The notes: a model not told the origin generated them from the sequence alone. 64,000 nucleotides of DNA from Nitrosopumilaceae archaeon (GCA_965207375.1 OZ242274.1:2080001-2144000); one strand, 5' to 3'; counted from the first letter of the stretch, positions 38,941-50,187 are shown. Program-made: numbers and translations.

Positions 38941-40341
38941 TCACCTATACTTGTAATGTTGTTCTATTTCGGAATTTTCATTGTATCGAGTTTCCTCAAC
39001 CTCGGTGAATTTTTTCAATTCCTCATCTACATTGATGGATAATTGTCGTTGCTCCCATTTTGATTCGATAAGATATGCAATCCAGGCCCTAATTTGGGTG
39101 GACATCTTCCTAGAAAGCGGCTCCAAGAATCCCTCAACAATGGTTCGCTCAGCTTCGGACTTGCTAAGACATCTAGTTCCCAGATAGAAAATTTGCTCCT
39201 CATCAATTTGTGCCACCGATGCAGAATGTGTAGCCTTTACATCATTGGTAAAAATTTCTAGTCCAGGAATCGCATCAGATTTTGCACCCTTGTCAAGAAG
39301 AATCGAACGACCAGAAAGATAAGAGTTTGATTTTGATGCATTTTCTTTGATTCTAATCATTCCTTTGAAAAGGGATTTTGACTTGTTTTTAAGAATTGAT
39401 TTTTGAATTACGCGTCCTTCGGTGAACTGATTCTCATGGTTTACATTGGTTTGCAGATCAAATGACTGCTCATTGTTGCCAAACACAACCTCAGAATCAT
39501 TGGTCACAGCTCCTGTTTCATTGAGATAATAATCAATTCTGTATCTGGAAAGCAGGGTTCCAAACAATCCCAGATACCAGTTTAGTTTGCCGTCTTTTCT
39601 AATGTCGGTTCGTCTTGTTGAAAAGTTAACTGAGCTTTGATCCATCATTTGCAGAGTAGTACCATCAACTTGCGCATTTGCTGCAACTAGTACGTTAAGC
39701 AGTTCTAAATATGCCTGCTGTTTTGCAGCCTTTGGCGAGTAAAGTTCCTGAACTATGGTGGATTTGCTGTCTTGTTCTGCCACAATCATGTTTCTAGATA
39801 TGGTAGATGCACCATCAACTGACAGGCAGGAAAGGAGATGAATTGGAGATTCGATTTGCACATTTTTAGGAATGTAAACAAAGATTCCAGAGTTAAATGC
39901 GGCATTGTTTAATGCGGTAAATTTGTCTTCCTTTGAGTCAGTAGATTCTAATGCCATTTTGACTAGTTCTGCATTGTTTTGTAATGCATCATCTAGTGAG
40001 GAAACAATTACTCCACTAGATGTCAAATCATCGTTAATGTGAATTCTGTGTATGCCGGTTCCGATTTGTATGATGTGATTCTCTGTTTCAAGCTCTGTCA
40101 ATCTTTTGTTTAAAAATTCTGGAATCGAGTGGTCAGACTCTACAGAAACGCAAACCTGTTCAGGATCCATTCGTTTGGCATCAGTATACTTGTTGTATAA
40201 CGGAGATGTCTCAATAGGAAGATTCTCGTAAATTGACAGCGAGTTTTTCCTGTACTGTGTAAGCCAAGAAGGCTCGCTTTTTTTAAAAGATAGTCTATCT
40301 ATGTGATTTGAGTCAATTGTTGACAGTGCAACTTGAGACAT
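38941..40341 (-). CDS. sufD: Fe-S assembly protein SufD
   Basis: Beta-helix repeats, PGLEI..NDVKATH, IFYL..R. Confidence 0.9.
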   Translation of the reverse strand: MSQVALSTIDSNHIDRLSFKKSEPSWLTQYRKNSLSIYENLPIETSPLYNKYTDAKRMDPEQVCVSVESDHSIPEFLNKRLTELETENHIIQIGTGIHRIHINDDLTSSGVIVSSLDDALQNNAELVKMALESTDSKEDKFTALNNAAFNSGIFVYIPKNVQIESPIHLLSCLSVDGASTISRNMIVAEQDSKSTIVQELYSPKAAKQQAYLELLNVLVAANAQVDGTTLQMMDQSSVNFSTRRTDIRKDGKLNWYLGLFGTLLSRYRIDYYLNETGAVTNDSEVVFGNNEQSFDLQTNVNHENQFTEGRVIQKSILKNKSKSLFKGMIRIKENASKSNSYLSGRSILLDKGAKSDAIPGLEIFTNDVKATHSASVAQIDEEQIFYLGTRCLSKSEAERTIVEGFLEPLSRKMSTQIRAWIAYLIESKWEQRQLSINVDEELKKFTEVEETRYNENSEIEQHYKYR

Positions 40342-40353
40342 TGTACATCAGAA

Positions 40354-41754
40354 CTAGCCGACAGAGCCGTCCATTTCTAGCTTGATTAGTCTGTTTAATT
40401 CCACAGCATATTCCATTGGCAATTCCTTTACAAATGGCTCCATGAAACCGTTGACAATAAGGGTAAGTGATTCTTCTTCTGAAAATCCCCTAGTCATCAG
40501 ATAAAAGATTTGTTCGTCTCCAATCTTGCCTACAGTTGCCTCGTGTGTGATTGTTGCATCCTCCTGATTGATTTCCATGTATGGATAGGTATCAGTCTTT
40601 GAGGTATCATCTAACAGTAATGCATCACATCTTACTGTACTTTTTACGTTGGTGGCACCCTTTGCGACATTGAGCAAGCCCCTATATGTTGACCTGCCGT
40701 TTAATCTACTGACTGACTTTGAGGTAATTTTTGAGGTTGTGTTTGGTGCCAAGTGTATCATTTTTGCTCCAGTGTCTTGATGTTGGTTTTTGCCTGCAAA
40801 TGCAATGGATAGTGTTTCACCATATGCACGCTCTCCCATCAAATAGATTCCAGGATATTTCATTGTCAGTTTGCTGCCAATGTTTCCGTCAATCCATTCA
40901 ACATGTGCACCCTCATAGGCATAGGCACGCTTTGTAACAAGATTATACACGTCACTGCTCCAGTTCTGAATGGTTGTGTATCTTAGGTGAGCATCCTTGT
41001 GTGCCACAAGCTCCACAACTGCAGAATGTAGCGATTCTGAGGAATATACGGGGGCAGTACAGCCTTCGATATAATGTACCTCTGAGCCTTCGTCAGCTAC
41101 AATCAGCGTTCTCTCAAATTGGCCAATGTTTTCTGCATTAATTCTAAAGTATGCCTGTAACGGCATGTCCACCTTTATTCCGGGTGGAATGTAGATAAAC
41201 GAGCCGCCGCTCCAAACTGCACTGTTTAGGGCAGCAAATTTGTTATCCTCTGGAGGAATGATTTTGCCAAAGTATTTTTTAAAGATTTCAGGATATTCCT
41301 TCAAGGCAGAGTCGGTGTCTAAAAATAAAACTCCCTGTTTTTGTAAATCTTCTCTGAGATTATGATATACTACCTCGGATTCATACTGTGCTCCCACACC
41401 TGCAAGGAATTTTTTTTCTGCCTCTGGAATTCCTAGTTTGTCAAAGGTGTTTTTGACATCTGCTGGAACATCATCCCAGTTTTTTTCGGTTTTATCAGAT
41501 GCCTTTGCATAATAGTAAATATTTTGGAAATCAATTGCATCAAGGTCTCCGCCCCATTTTGGCATTGGAAACTTCATAAATTGTTCATAGGAACGAAGTC
41601 TGAAATCAAGCATCCATTCTGGTTCGTCCTTCATTTTGCTGATGCCAATAACTGTATCTTTTGATAGACCTTTCTTACTAAGATGTACGTACATCTCAGT
41701 TGAATCCTTAAAATCATATTTTGAATAGTCTATGTCTAAATTTTCTGTTGTCAT
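40354..41754 (-). CDS. sufB: Fe-S assembly protein SufB
   Basis: [34 protein letters not shown]. Confidence 0.96.
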   Translation of the reverse strand: MTTENLDIDYSKYDFKDSTEMYVHLSKKGLSKDTVIGISKMKDEPEWMLDFRLRSYEQFMKFPMPKWGGDLDAIDFQNIYYYAKASDKTEKNWDDVPADVKNTFDKLGIPEAEKKFLAGVGAQYESEVVYHNLREDLQKQGVLFLDTDSALKEYPEIFKKYFGKIIPPEDNKFAALNSAVWSGGSFIYIPPGIKVDMPLQAYFRINAENIGQFERTLIVADEGSEVHYIEGCTAPVYSSESLHSAVVELVAHKDAHLRYTTIQNWSSDVYNLVTKRAYAYEGAHVEWIDGNIGSKLTMKYPGIYLMGERAYGETLSIAFAGKNQHQDTGAKMIHLAPNTTSKITSKSVSRLNGRSTYRGLLNVAKGATNVKSTVRCDALLLDDTSKTDTYPYMEINQEDATITHEATVGKIGDEQIFYLMTRGFSEEESLTLIVNGFMEPFVKELPMEYAVELNRLIKLEMDGSVG

Positions 41755-41929
41755 AAAGATACAACGATATTATATTATAAATAGATGGGGGAAAATAGGC
41801 AGAGCTAATTAATTCAGGTCTCAACAGGTAACAATATGAGGACATGGTACTTTTCACCTTGGTGCAAATTTTTCAAAGATAACTGATTGTTAATGTACAT
41901 TATAATAAAATGACAGAGGGCATAAAATT

Positions 41930-42421
41930 ATGACATTGTCAGAGTATAACACTAACACGATGATTTTGATGGTAGGTATTGCAGGTGCAGGAAAAACAAC
42001 TTTTGCAAAAAAGACATATCCCGCATTTGACAGAATATCACTAGATGATCTTGCACAAAATTATTCAAAAAAGGTAAAACTGTACAAAAGATATACACCA
42101 GACGGTCTTGCAACACCTTCAAGCAAGTCACGTACTGCACAACACGTCCTAGTATCAGAGTCTTTGAAGGTAGGACGAGGCATAGTCATAGACGATACAA
42201 ACCTTACTAGACACATACGATCCCACCACATAGCACACGGTAAACGATACAACTACATGATAGACTGTGTGGTCTTTTACAATCGCCGCAGGGCATTACG
42301 TCAGAATCAGAACAGGACAACAGAAATTGTTCCCGAACATGTTCTTAGAAATCAATGGAGAATGCTAGAAAAGCCTCGTATGGATGAGGGCTTTGCATCT
42401 ATACGATATATTTTCAGCTAA
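41930..42421 (+). CDS. Predicted P-loop kinase (AAA_33, polynucleotide-kinase-like)
   Basis: GIAGAGKT, ISLD, VIDDTN, VPE.VL..Q, LEKP..DEGF. Confidence 0.8.
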   Translation: MTLSEYNTNTMILMVGIAGAGKTTFAKKTYPAFDRISLDDLAQNYSKKVKLYKRYTPDGLATPSSKSRTAQHVLVSESLKVGRGIVIDDTNLTRHIRSHHIAHGKRYNYMIDCVVFYNRRRALRQNQNRTTEIVPEHVLRNQWRMLEKPRMDEGFASIRYIFS

Positions 42422-42667
42422 ACTTATACGATAACACGTAAATTCATTGTAAATTTTTACCTTGTGTTCTTTTTTGATATGGCGTTGATTTGATTGTGTT
42501 TTATGTGGTAAAAAATTTGTTGGTTCATGAGATTAATTGTGGCACGTTCTCACAGTCGATGAAACAATTTGAGTTTATCATGATTCTGTATAATCATGTT
42601 TGTTTGAGGAAAATGTTCCACTATCACGACGTATGTCTAGTACTTTGGCCTGCCATAATTGAGCCAG

Positions 42668-43468
42668 TCAAAAGATGTTCTTAATAGCATCAAAGGCGCC
42701 TGGAACTGTATGAACCTTTGAGATGATATTTGTCACATCAAGTTTTTTTAGCTCATCAGCAGTAAAGGGGCCAATAGAAACAATTTTTGTTTTTTCCAGC
42801 TTCTCTAGTAATTTTTCTTTGGAATAATCTTTTTCCATAATTTCAAAAAATGCGCGAACAGAGGAGGCACTTGTAAAGACAATACCATCTATGCAGTCTT
42901 TGGAAAATAACTCTCGAAATTCATTCCATTGTGTTGTATCCCTAAACGCACATACATCATAAAGATGAATTTCTCTTACATCTAGACCTATTTTGTCTAG
43001 TAACTGTTTCAAAAATGGCGTAGATGCCCCACTTCGAGGCACTATAACCTTTTTTCCAACAGCTGCAAGTCTGGTTAAAACCTCCCCTATGCCAACAGAG
43101 GAGTACGTCAAAGGCATGTGTGCCACACGGATGCTGTAATTTTCTAGTGCAGTTTTGGTTTTAGGTCCTACTGCTATGACAGTAGTGTTTGCTACAGCAA
43201 GCTGCAGTTTTGCAAGCTTTGAGGTTTTTTTTGCAGTATCAAAGAGTAGTTTTACGGCTTTGGAGCTCATAAAGACAGAATAGTCAGGATCATACTGTTC
43301 AATACAGCACAGAAATTCGTCGACAATTTTTTCTCCTTTGCTTACTAGCTCAATGGTTGGTAGGGGCAGCGGTTTTGCATTATCATTTTTAGCTAGTTGG
43401 ATAAATTCTGCAGAATCCTCCCTTGAGCGGGTAATTGCTATTGTCTTGTCTTGTATCGTCATTTCCAA
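42668..43468 (-). CDS. hemD: Uroporphyrinogen-III synthase
   Basis: AITR, AVGPKT, FTSASSV, SIGP.T. Confidence 0.92.
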   Translation of the reverse strand: MEMTIQDKTIAITRSREDSAEFIQLAKNDNAKPLPLPTIELVSKGEKIVDEFLCCIEQYDPDYSVFMSSKAVKLLFDTAKKTSKLAKLQLAVANTTVIAVGPKTKTALENYSIRVAHMPLTYSSVGIGEVLTRLAAVGKKVIVPRSGASTPFLKQLLDKIGLDVREIHLYDVCAFRDTTQWNEFRELFSKDCIDGIVFTSASSVRAFFEIMEKDYSKEKLLEKLEKTKIVSIGPFTADELKKLDVTNIISKVHTVPGAFDAIKNIF

Positions 43469-44199
43469 CCTATCGTTTTTGACAAGTCAACTACACTTCC
43501 TATAATAATATTGGCAGGGGGTTTGATTTTGTGAGATTTTGCCTTTCCTGCAATGTTTGTAACGGTTCCTAGAATCATTTTATGTTTTGGCGTGGTGCCG
43601 TTTTGAATTACTGCGACAGGGGTTTTTTTGTCCATGCCGCCTGCAACAAGCTGTTCACATATGATATCAATTCTTGATAATCCCATCATTATAACAATAG
43701 TGTCAACTGACTTTGCAAGTCTTTTCCACCGTACTGCCTCGTTTTTCTTTTCAGGATCTTCATGTCCTGTCACAAAAACTACAGAAGAGGCATGCTTTCT
43801 ATGAGTCAACGGAATTCCACTATACGTTGCAGAGCCCACACCCGAAGTAATGCCAGGTACAATTTCATATTTTATTTTATGGCTTTTTAGAAATTCTGCC
43901 TCCTCGCCTCCACGGCCAAAAATAATAGGATCTCCTCCCTTTAGTCTCACAACATGGCGTTTTGTTTTTGCGTATTGTATCATTAAATCATTTGTAGCAT
44001 TTTGATGGGCAGTATCATCACCCACTGCGCGGCCCACGTATACTTTTTGTGCAGATTTTGAAATCATTGAAATTATTTTTTTGCTTACAAGCCTGTCATA
44101 CAGAACAACATCTGCTTTTTGCAAAAGCTCAGCTGCACGCATTGTGATTAGTTTAGGATCGCCTGGACCTGCGCCTACCAGATACACCTTACCACTCAT
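43459..44199 (-). CDS. cobA: Uroporphyrinogen-III C-methyltransferase
   Basis: VGAGPGDP, RLKGGDP.IFGRGGEE, PGITS, GIPLTHR. Confidence 0.95.
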   Translation of the reverse strand: MSGKVYLVGAGPGDPKLITMRAAELLQKADVVLYDRLVSKKIISMISKSAQKVYVGRAVGDDTAHQNATNDLMIQYAKTKRHVVRLKGGDPIIFGRGGEEAEFLKSHKIKYEIVPGITSGVGSATYSGIPLTHRKHASSVVFVTGHEDPEKKNEAVRWKRLAKSVDTIVIMMGLSRIDIICEQLVAGGMDKKTPVAVIQNGTTPKHKMILGTVTNIAGKAKSHKIKPPANIIIGSVVDLSKTIGWK

Positions 44200-45131
44200 C
44201 TCTTGTTCCACTCCTCCACCTTTTGTCTCCAATTTAATGCAAGTTGGCTTACACCGTTATTTTGCAATTCCTTGCCTGCTTGTCTGCCTATCTCTATTGC
44301 ATCCTCTTTGGAACCTGATTTTTCTGCAAAAATTGAAATTTTTCCATCCACAGAGAATGCAGATACTTGAATGATTAATTTCTCATCATCAATCTTTGCA
44401 TACGCACCTACTGGAAACCGACATCCAGAATCTACCATATCAGAGACTGCACGCTCTGCCTCTATTTCCAATCTACTATCAGGATCCTCTATTGACTTGA
44501 GAATTGCCATTGTGGTTTCATCATCTTGCCTGCACACAACAGCAATTGCACCCTGTCCCGGAGAGGGGGAAAAATGTCTCGTGTCTAATACGTGATATTT
44601 GACGTCAGAACCTAGTCTCAAAATTCCTGCTTTTGCCAAAACTATTGCATCAAAATCCCCATTTTGGACCTTGTCAATTCTAGTTTCAATATTGCCCCTA
44701 ATCGGCCTGACCACGAGATCCGGTCGCATTGTTGAAACCTGTACTGCACGCCGCAAGCTGCTTGTTCCAACTATAGATTCAGGCAGAATCGATTCCAAGG
44801 TATCGTCGTTTTTTGAGATAAAAACATCATTTACCTGTTCACGTTTAGGAACACATGCAAGAGTCAGGCCTACAGGCAACTGTGAGGGAACATCCTTTAG
44901 ACTGTGAATTGCAAAATCTACCTTTTTTTCAGAAACTGCCCTGTCTATCTCTTTTTCAAAGATTCCCTTTTGATCAATTGCAAAGAGTGGCCTAGCATCA
45001 GTATCGCCTTTGGTAGTAATTGTCTGTATCATAAAATTATGTTCTGGATTTTTTTGTTTTATTTGCCGTATAACCCAATTTGTCTGAGATATGGACAATT
45101 TACTTCCGCGTGTGCCTATTTTAAAATTCAA
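44196..45131 (-). CDS. hemC: Hydroxymethylbilane synthase
   Basis: GTRGSKL, HSLKDVP, GTSSLRR, RGNIETR, GCRFPVG. Confidence 0.96.
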   Translation of the reverse strand: MNFKIGTRGSKLSISQTNWVIRQIKQKNPEHNFMIQTITTKGDTDARPLFAIDQKGIFEKEIDRAVSEKKVDFAIHSLKDVPSQLPVGLTLACVPKREQVNDVFISKNDDTLESILPESIVGTSSLRRAVQVSTMRPDLVVRPIRGNIETRIDKVQNGDFDAIVLAKAGILRLGSDVKYHVLDTRHFSPSPGQGAIAVVCRQDDETTMAILKSIEDPDSRLEIEAERAVSDMVDSGCRFPVGAYAKIDDEKLIIQVSAFSVDGKISIFAEKSGSKEDAIEIGRQAGKELQNNGVSQLALNWRQKVEEWNKR

Positions 45132-46405
45132 TTTTTCACCACTTTAAGAGCTGTCTGGTATGCATTTACTGCCTTGTTCAGATCAGTATCAGTATGTGCA
45201 TCGGAAATAAAAACAACCTCAAATTGGGATGGGGCTATAAATATACCCTGTTTTAGAAGGGAATAAAACAGAATTTGGAACTTTTTTGTGTCTGCAGCTT
45301 TGCAGGTAGTATAATCAACAACTGGCGCATTTGAAAAAAACACCTGCATCATCGAGGAGGCAAAATTTATCTGATGTGGGATCTTCAGATCCGTTGCAAT
45401 GTCATCTATGGCCTTTGAGAGTCGTGCACAATATCGCTCAAGTTTTGGATACAGCCTGTTTTTGATTTTGTTCATGGTTTGAATCGAGCTGATTGCAGCA
45501 GAAACTGCCACCGGATTTCCTGCAAACGTGCTTGCCTGATATACATTTCCTGCAGGGGATAGCAAATCCATAATGTCACGTCTTCCACCTACTGCAGCAA
45601 TTGCAAATCCGTTGCCTAGTGCTTTTGCAAGGGTTGTAATGTCAGGCTTTATTCCAAAGAATTTTTGTGCACCTCCGGGAGAAACCCGGAATCCTGTTAC
45701 TATCTCATCAAAAATTAACGGTACATTGTGTTTTTTAGTTATTTTTCTAATATTGTGGAGGAAATTTTTTTCAGGCAGAATCAAACCCATGTTTGCCAAA
45801 ATAGGCTCTACAATCACACCTGCAATGTCTTTGTTTTTTAATAAAACTGCCTCAAACTCTTGGGAATCATTATACGGTACTACAAGGGTGTTTTTTGAGA
45901 TTTCGTCTAGTCCGCCATCAGATATTGAAATACCATTATGTGCAGAACCAGAACCTGCCTTGACTAGGACAGAGTCGTGAGCACCGTGATAGCATCCTTC
46001 AAATTTTACAATCTTTTTATTTTTTGTAAATCCACGAGCTAGTCTAATTGCAGTCATTGTAGCTTCAGAGCCAGTATTTACCAGCCGTACTTTGCTCATG
46101 GAGGGAAAATTGCTTTTGATTAATTTTGATAGTTGGACTTCTTGTTCGGTTGGTGCGCAGTATAGTGTTCCCCTGGATAGCTGTTTTGTTACAGCATTTA
46201 TGATCTCTTTTCTCCTGTGGCCTAAAAGTAACGCACCATATCCATTGCAAAAATCAATGTAACGTGTATTATCTGCATCCCAAATAGAGCTGCCATCAGA
46301 CTTTTTGACAAAAAACGGATACGGTTCAAAATATCTGACTGGGCTGTTTACCCCAGATGGGATCACCTTCTTGGCATCTGCAAACAGCTTTTTAGATTTT
46401 GACAC
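45128..46405 (-). CDS. hemL: Glutamate-1-semialdehyde 2,1-aminomutase
   Basis: GVNSPVR, GSEATMTAIR, FEGCYHG, FDEIVTGFR, PSQFE. Confidence 0.96.
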   Translation of the reverse strand: MSKSKKLFADAKKVIPSGVNSPVRYFEPYPFFVKKSDGSSIWDADNTRYIDFCNGYGALLLGHRRKEIINAVTKQLSRGTLYCAPTEQEVQLSKLIKSNFPSMSKVRLVNTGSEATMTAIRLARGFTKNKKIVKFEGCYHGAHDSVLVKAGSGSAHNGISISDGGLDEISKNTLVVPYNDSQEFEAVLLKNKDIAGVIVEPILANMGLILPEKNFLHNIRKITKKHNVPLIFDEIVTGFRVSPGGAQKFFGIKPDITTLAKALGNGFAIAAVGGRRDIMDLLSPAGNVYQASTFAGNPVAVSAAISSIQTMNKIKNRLYPKLERYCARLSKAIDDIATDLKIPHQINFASSMMQVFFSNAPVVDYTTCKAADTKKFQILFYSLLKQGIFIAPSQFEVVFISDAHTDTDLNKAVNAYQTALKVVKN

Positions 46406-46672
46406 ACCACAAGTGGATGTTAGTTATTATTATTCGTAAGCCGATTTTGTTACCTGCTGCAAATAAAATATTTGCATTATCAACTCTATTGAGGCACAAT
46501 AAAGAAACAGGGTTTGTGATTCAATATGGTTTTTGCATGTTTGAGTCTAGACTTTTTTGGCATGTCTTGAGGTTCTAGTTAGAATCGTCATTTTAAAACA
46601 GCCTCGGCAGTTACAAAAAAATAATCATTTCCAAAGCATTTGCACCTGCGTAAAAATTTATGCCGCCTAATC

Positions 46673-47353
46673 CTAGCCTTTTTTTGTCAATCTTATACAA
46701 GCAAATTTTTTTCGAAACATAAAGGCAACTGCGCCCGTACCCACAAAGGTAGCACTCCAATACAGCCACAAATCATCAAATATACCAGAAAGTAGTGCAG
46801 GTGCAAATGCACGTGCCGGATTCATCGATGCACCTGATATCACTGCTAAAAAGAAAATATCCAGACCTACAATTCCACCTATTGCAACTCCACTAAAACC
46901 CTTCAAACCCCTAGTGTACACCACAACAAAAATCACAGCCATCAGCAGGCCGGTAGCCAATACCTCTACAGGAAAAATCAGCGTCACAGGATATTTGTAA
47001 TTTGGTGCATTAGCTCCAAGATTAGACTCTGAACCTATCACCGACATGACAAACAATGATCCTAGAACCGCACCTATGAGTTCTGCTGCAAAATAATACA
47101 AAATTTGTACTTTTGAAATATGTCCTGTTATAAAATAGCCAATGGTCACAGCAGGATTAAAGTGTGCCATTGAGATTTTTCCAAACAGATAGACTCCAAT
47201 TGCAACACCTACAAAGGGGGCAAATGCGACAAACGGAAGTCCCAAAAGGCCTCCCAATTGTGCATCTAGCACAACAGAACCTGTAGCACAAACAACTACA
47301 ATAAAGGTCCCAATCAATTCAACTACAAAGATTTTACGGTTTGAGGAATCCAT
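46673..47353 (-). CDS. MIP-family channel (aquaporin), downstream of arsC
   Basis: AHFNPA and SMNPA motifs, six TM helices. Confidence 0.92.
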   Translation of the reverse strand: MDSSNRKIFVVELIGTFIVVVCATGSVVLDAQLGGLLGLPFVAFAPFVGVAIGVYLFGKISMAHFNPAVTIGYFITGHISKVQILYYFAAELIGAVLGSLFVMSVIGSESNLGANAPNYKYPVTLIFPVEVLATGLLMAVIFVVVYTRGLKGFSGVAIGGIVGLDIFFLAVISGASMNPARAFAPALLSGIFDDLWLYWSATFVGTGAVAFMFRKKFACIRLTKKG

Positions 47354-47354
47354 C

Positions 47355-47768
47355 TTAATTGTTACCTAGTTTTTTTACAAGTTTTTTTATCTGTGATTCG
47401 ATTTCATCACGAATTTTTCTTACATCATCAATTGATTTTCCACTTGGATCAGAAATATTCCAATTAATCACATCATCTACAAACAGGGCAGGACACGACT
47501 CTGCATCCATGCATCCCATGTTTACTATAATCTTAGAGTCTGCAATTATTTTATCTGAAATAATTTTTGGTGTTTTAGAGGTCAAGTCAATTCCGATTTC
47601 AGCCATCGCCTCAACTGCAACAGGGTTTATCTCAGGGCCAGGTTTTGTTCCAGCACTAGATGCAGTTAGTTTTTTTGCATATTTTTGAAAAAACGCCTCT
47701 GCCATCTGGCTTCTACCGGCATTTTCCACACAGGTAAAAAGCACATCGGTACTAGGCACAAATATCAT
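47355..47768 (-). CDS. arsC: Arsenate reductase (LMW-PTP, thioredoxin type)
   Basis: CVENAGRS P-loop, CMDAESC cysteine pair, W...DP. Confidence 0.88.
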   Translation of the reverse strand: MIFVPSTDVLFTCVENAGRSQMAEAFFQKYAKKLTASSAGTKPGPEINPVAVEAMAEIGIDLTSKTPKIISDKIIADSKIIVNMGCMDAESCPALFVDDVINWNISDPSGKSIDDVRKIRDEIESQIKKLVKKLGNN

Positions 47769-47800
47769 ATAAATAGAAGTTTATATAAATCTAAATTGAT

Positions 47801-48100
47801 ATGAATGGAATAAATCTGCTAAAATGCATATGTGATGAGACCAGATTCGAGATCCTAGAAAGGATGCAAAAATCACAAGAGTTGTGCGTTAGTGACTTTG
47901 TAGAGTCTATGAAAAAAGATCAGCCGCTGATTTCACACCATCTAAAAACCCTCAAAAATTGTGGAATTATAAAATCACGTGGACAGGGCAAAAAAATAAT
48001 GTACAGTATAGCAAATGACAAACTAGCAAAATTAATATCTAGTATCACAAAGACTAGCAAAGAAATTCCCACATTATGTAACACAGAATCCTGTTGTTAG
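47801..48100 (+). CDS. arsR: ArsR/SmtB transcriptional regulator
   Basis: ELCVSD, ISHHLK.L, C-terminal CC; divergent from arsC. Confidence 0.88.
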   Translation: MNGINLLKCICDETRFEILERMQKSQELCVSDFVESMKKDQPLISHHLKTLKNCGIIKSRGQGKKIMYSIANDKLAKLISSITKTSKEIPTLCNTESCC

Positions 48101-48402
48101 GTAAACTTTTCAGGCCGGACAACTTTTACATCAGAGACGTAAACTATAACTACAAAATCCGAAAACATGGTTCGCGCAATCTCCTCAACGATATCACCAC
48201 ACTTGTTTTCAGGCAGGATGGTTTCAATTTTGATGTTTTTTTCATTTTGAAATCCTTGGCCGCGAGTTCCTTTGGATCCTTTTCCGTCTACCTCATATGA
48301 GGTATATCCAGATACGCTGTGTTTGTTTAAAATGTCAATCACGTTAGGCTTTGCCAAAATTTCACATGTTACTGTGAGTAATTTTGTATTGTACAGCTTC
48401 AT
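48097..48402 (-). CDS. sbtB: PII-like protein SbtB
   Basis: KLLTV..E, GYT, GKGS.G, NIKIE, V.V.RPEKF; overlaps sbtA. Confidence 0.85.
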   Translation of the reverse strand: MKLYNTKLLTVTCEILAKPNVIDILNKHSVSGYTSYEVDGKGSKGTRGQGFQNEKNIKIETILPENKCGDIVEEIARTMFSDFVVIVYVSDVKVVRPEKFT

Positions 48403-49487
48403 GTAAATACATCACCAAGATAACCCATTAAGTCTATTGATATCTCCAGATCATGAATTCCAGAAGATATTGCAAACATGATTGGCAAAAGCACGATAAT
48501 ATTGTAAGGAAATGTAATTCCTAGTGCAGATGTAATGTACAAACTAGGTTTTGCCTGAGGTATGGCATGACGCAAAACAGCAGGGGCTGCAATAAATGAG
48601 GCACTAGCAAGCAATAGTCCAAACATTACAGCACCTCCCAAGCTCAGTCCCAGAACAGTTGCAACCAAGACCCCGACAATTCCATTAAACGTAGGCATAA
48701 TTATTGAGAATGCAACCAAAAAGGCCCCTACCTCTTTGATATCGCCTAGTCGCTGACCTGCTATTATTCCCATCTCTAAAAGAAATATCACTATGGCCCC
48801 AACAAACAACTCTTCAAATACGATAGATATTGGACCAAACCCTTCATCTCCAATGATGTATCCTATTACAATACCGCCCAAAAGAATCACGATTGCCTTG
48901 CCTGTAACAGACTCTTTGAGTACCTGAGACATTTTAGCAGACGTTTGTTTTAATCCAAGATCACCTGATTCTATATCAGAATCTTTTGCAAAACCCTGTT
49001 TCTTTTCTTTGAGTGCCTTTGCAACTGCCATGTTTGTCATAAAAATTGCCAAGATAAATGCAACCGGCTCTAAAACGGCCAAGATTGCAGCCAGGTACCC
49101 TTCAGAGGAGACACCCTGATTTTGTAAAAATGACAGCCCCACAGAAAAGGTAACGGCTCCTACTGCACCATAAGTTGATGCTAGCGCATACGAGTCAAAC
49201 AGATTGAATTTTCCCAGTCTGCGCAAAATTTGATAATGATTCAAGGTAAAGACTAGAGAGAGGGCAATTGCAACAAGCATTGGAATAAGCATGTTTTCAA
49301 AACCTGTATTTCGCATCTCGATTCCTCCATGTAGGCCTATTGCAGCAAGCAGGTAAATTGGTAGAAATTCAGAAACTGCTTCGGGAATTTTAAGATCAGA
49401 TTTTATTCGAGCAGCTATAATCCCTAAAAGAAAAAACAGTACAATTGGCGTTAAAATATTTGCCTGAATAATTCCAAAAATATCCAT
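48399..49487 (-). CDS. sbtA: Sodium-dependent bicarbonate transporter
   Basis: KSDLKIP, IYLL.AIG.HGG, YGAV.AVTF, FLLEMG, ASASFIAAPA, LGITFPYNI. Confidence 0.9.
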   Translation of the reverse strand: MDIFGIIQANILTPIVLFFLLGIIAARIKSDLKIPEAVSEFLPIYLLAAIGLHGGIEMRNTGFENMLIPMLVAIALSLVFTLNHYQILRRLGKFNLFDSYALASTYGAVGAVTFSVGLSFLQNQGVSSEGYLAAILAVLEPVAFILAIFMTNMAVAKALKEKKQGFAKDSDIESGDLGLKQTSAKMSQVLKESVTGKAIVILLGGIVIGYIIGDEGFGPISIVFEELFVGAIVIFLLEMGIIAGQRLGDIKEVGAFLVAFSIIMPTFNGIVGVLVATVLGLSLGGAVMFGLLLASASFIAAPAVLRHAIPQAKPSLYITSALGITFPYNIIVLLPIMFAISSGIHDLEISIDLMGYLGDVFT

Positions 49488-49521
49488 GTAACCATGTTAA
49501 AAAATATCTGTATATAGATGA

Positions 49522-50187
49522 TTAAATTTCCCTGCCTTTAGTGTGAGATGCTATTCTCTCCTCACTTGGTCTGTGTTTACCGGTAACAATGTAATTTATT
49601 GCATCACTCATAAATACGGCATGATCACCGATTCTCTCCAGATATCTCAAAAGTAGGGCTTCAGCAAGCGCACACTTTGTGTTATTAGAATTGATTAGCT
49701 TGGGCAATCTGTCACGATATATCTTGTCAATGAATTCTTCATCTGCACGGATTTTTACTGCCTTGCGAACATCAAGCTCTGCAAAGGATAACACTGCTGC
49801 CTTTATCATGTGTTTTACCTTCTTTGATGACTCTATTAGCGATGCGTTTTTGCACTCTGAGATATCTCCAAAGAGATCACGTACTAGAGTAATATCATAG
49901 GCATATCTGCTGAATCTAGCAAAGGCATATGATATTTCAGTCGATGAGCGAATCAGCCTGAAATCATCGGCTACAGGCTGATACTTTAACAACATGTCAA
50001 AGGTCAGATCTTCTACCTCAAAATATTTGGTACGTATTGCATTAGATAATACAAGTACCTTCTCAGATGTGTTTGTACCCTCAAGGTACGAGTCTAGTGC
50101 AAGAGATATTGATTCAGTCACCATGTCTCCCATTTCTGCCATGATAAAGGACAGTTTCTGTAGTGAAGAGTCTATTAGTCGAGTCAT
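49522..50187 (-). CDS. phoU: Phosphate signalling/uptake protein PhoU
   Basis: YQPVA.D.R, RYLERIGDHA, YIVTG. Confidence 0.9.
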   Translation of the reverse strand: MTRLIDSSLQKLSFIMAEMGDMVTESISLALDSYLEGTNTSEKVLVLSNAIRTKYFEVEDLTFDMLLKYQPVADDFRLIRSSTEISYAFARFSRYAYDITLVRDLFGDISECKNASLIESSKKVKHMIKAAVLSFAELDVRKAVKIRADEEFIDKIYRDRLPKLINSNNTKCALAEALLLRYLERIGDHAVFMSDAINYIVTGKHRPSEERIASHTKGREI

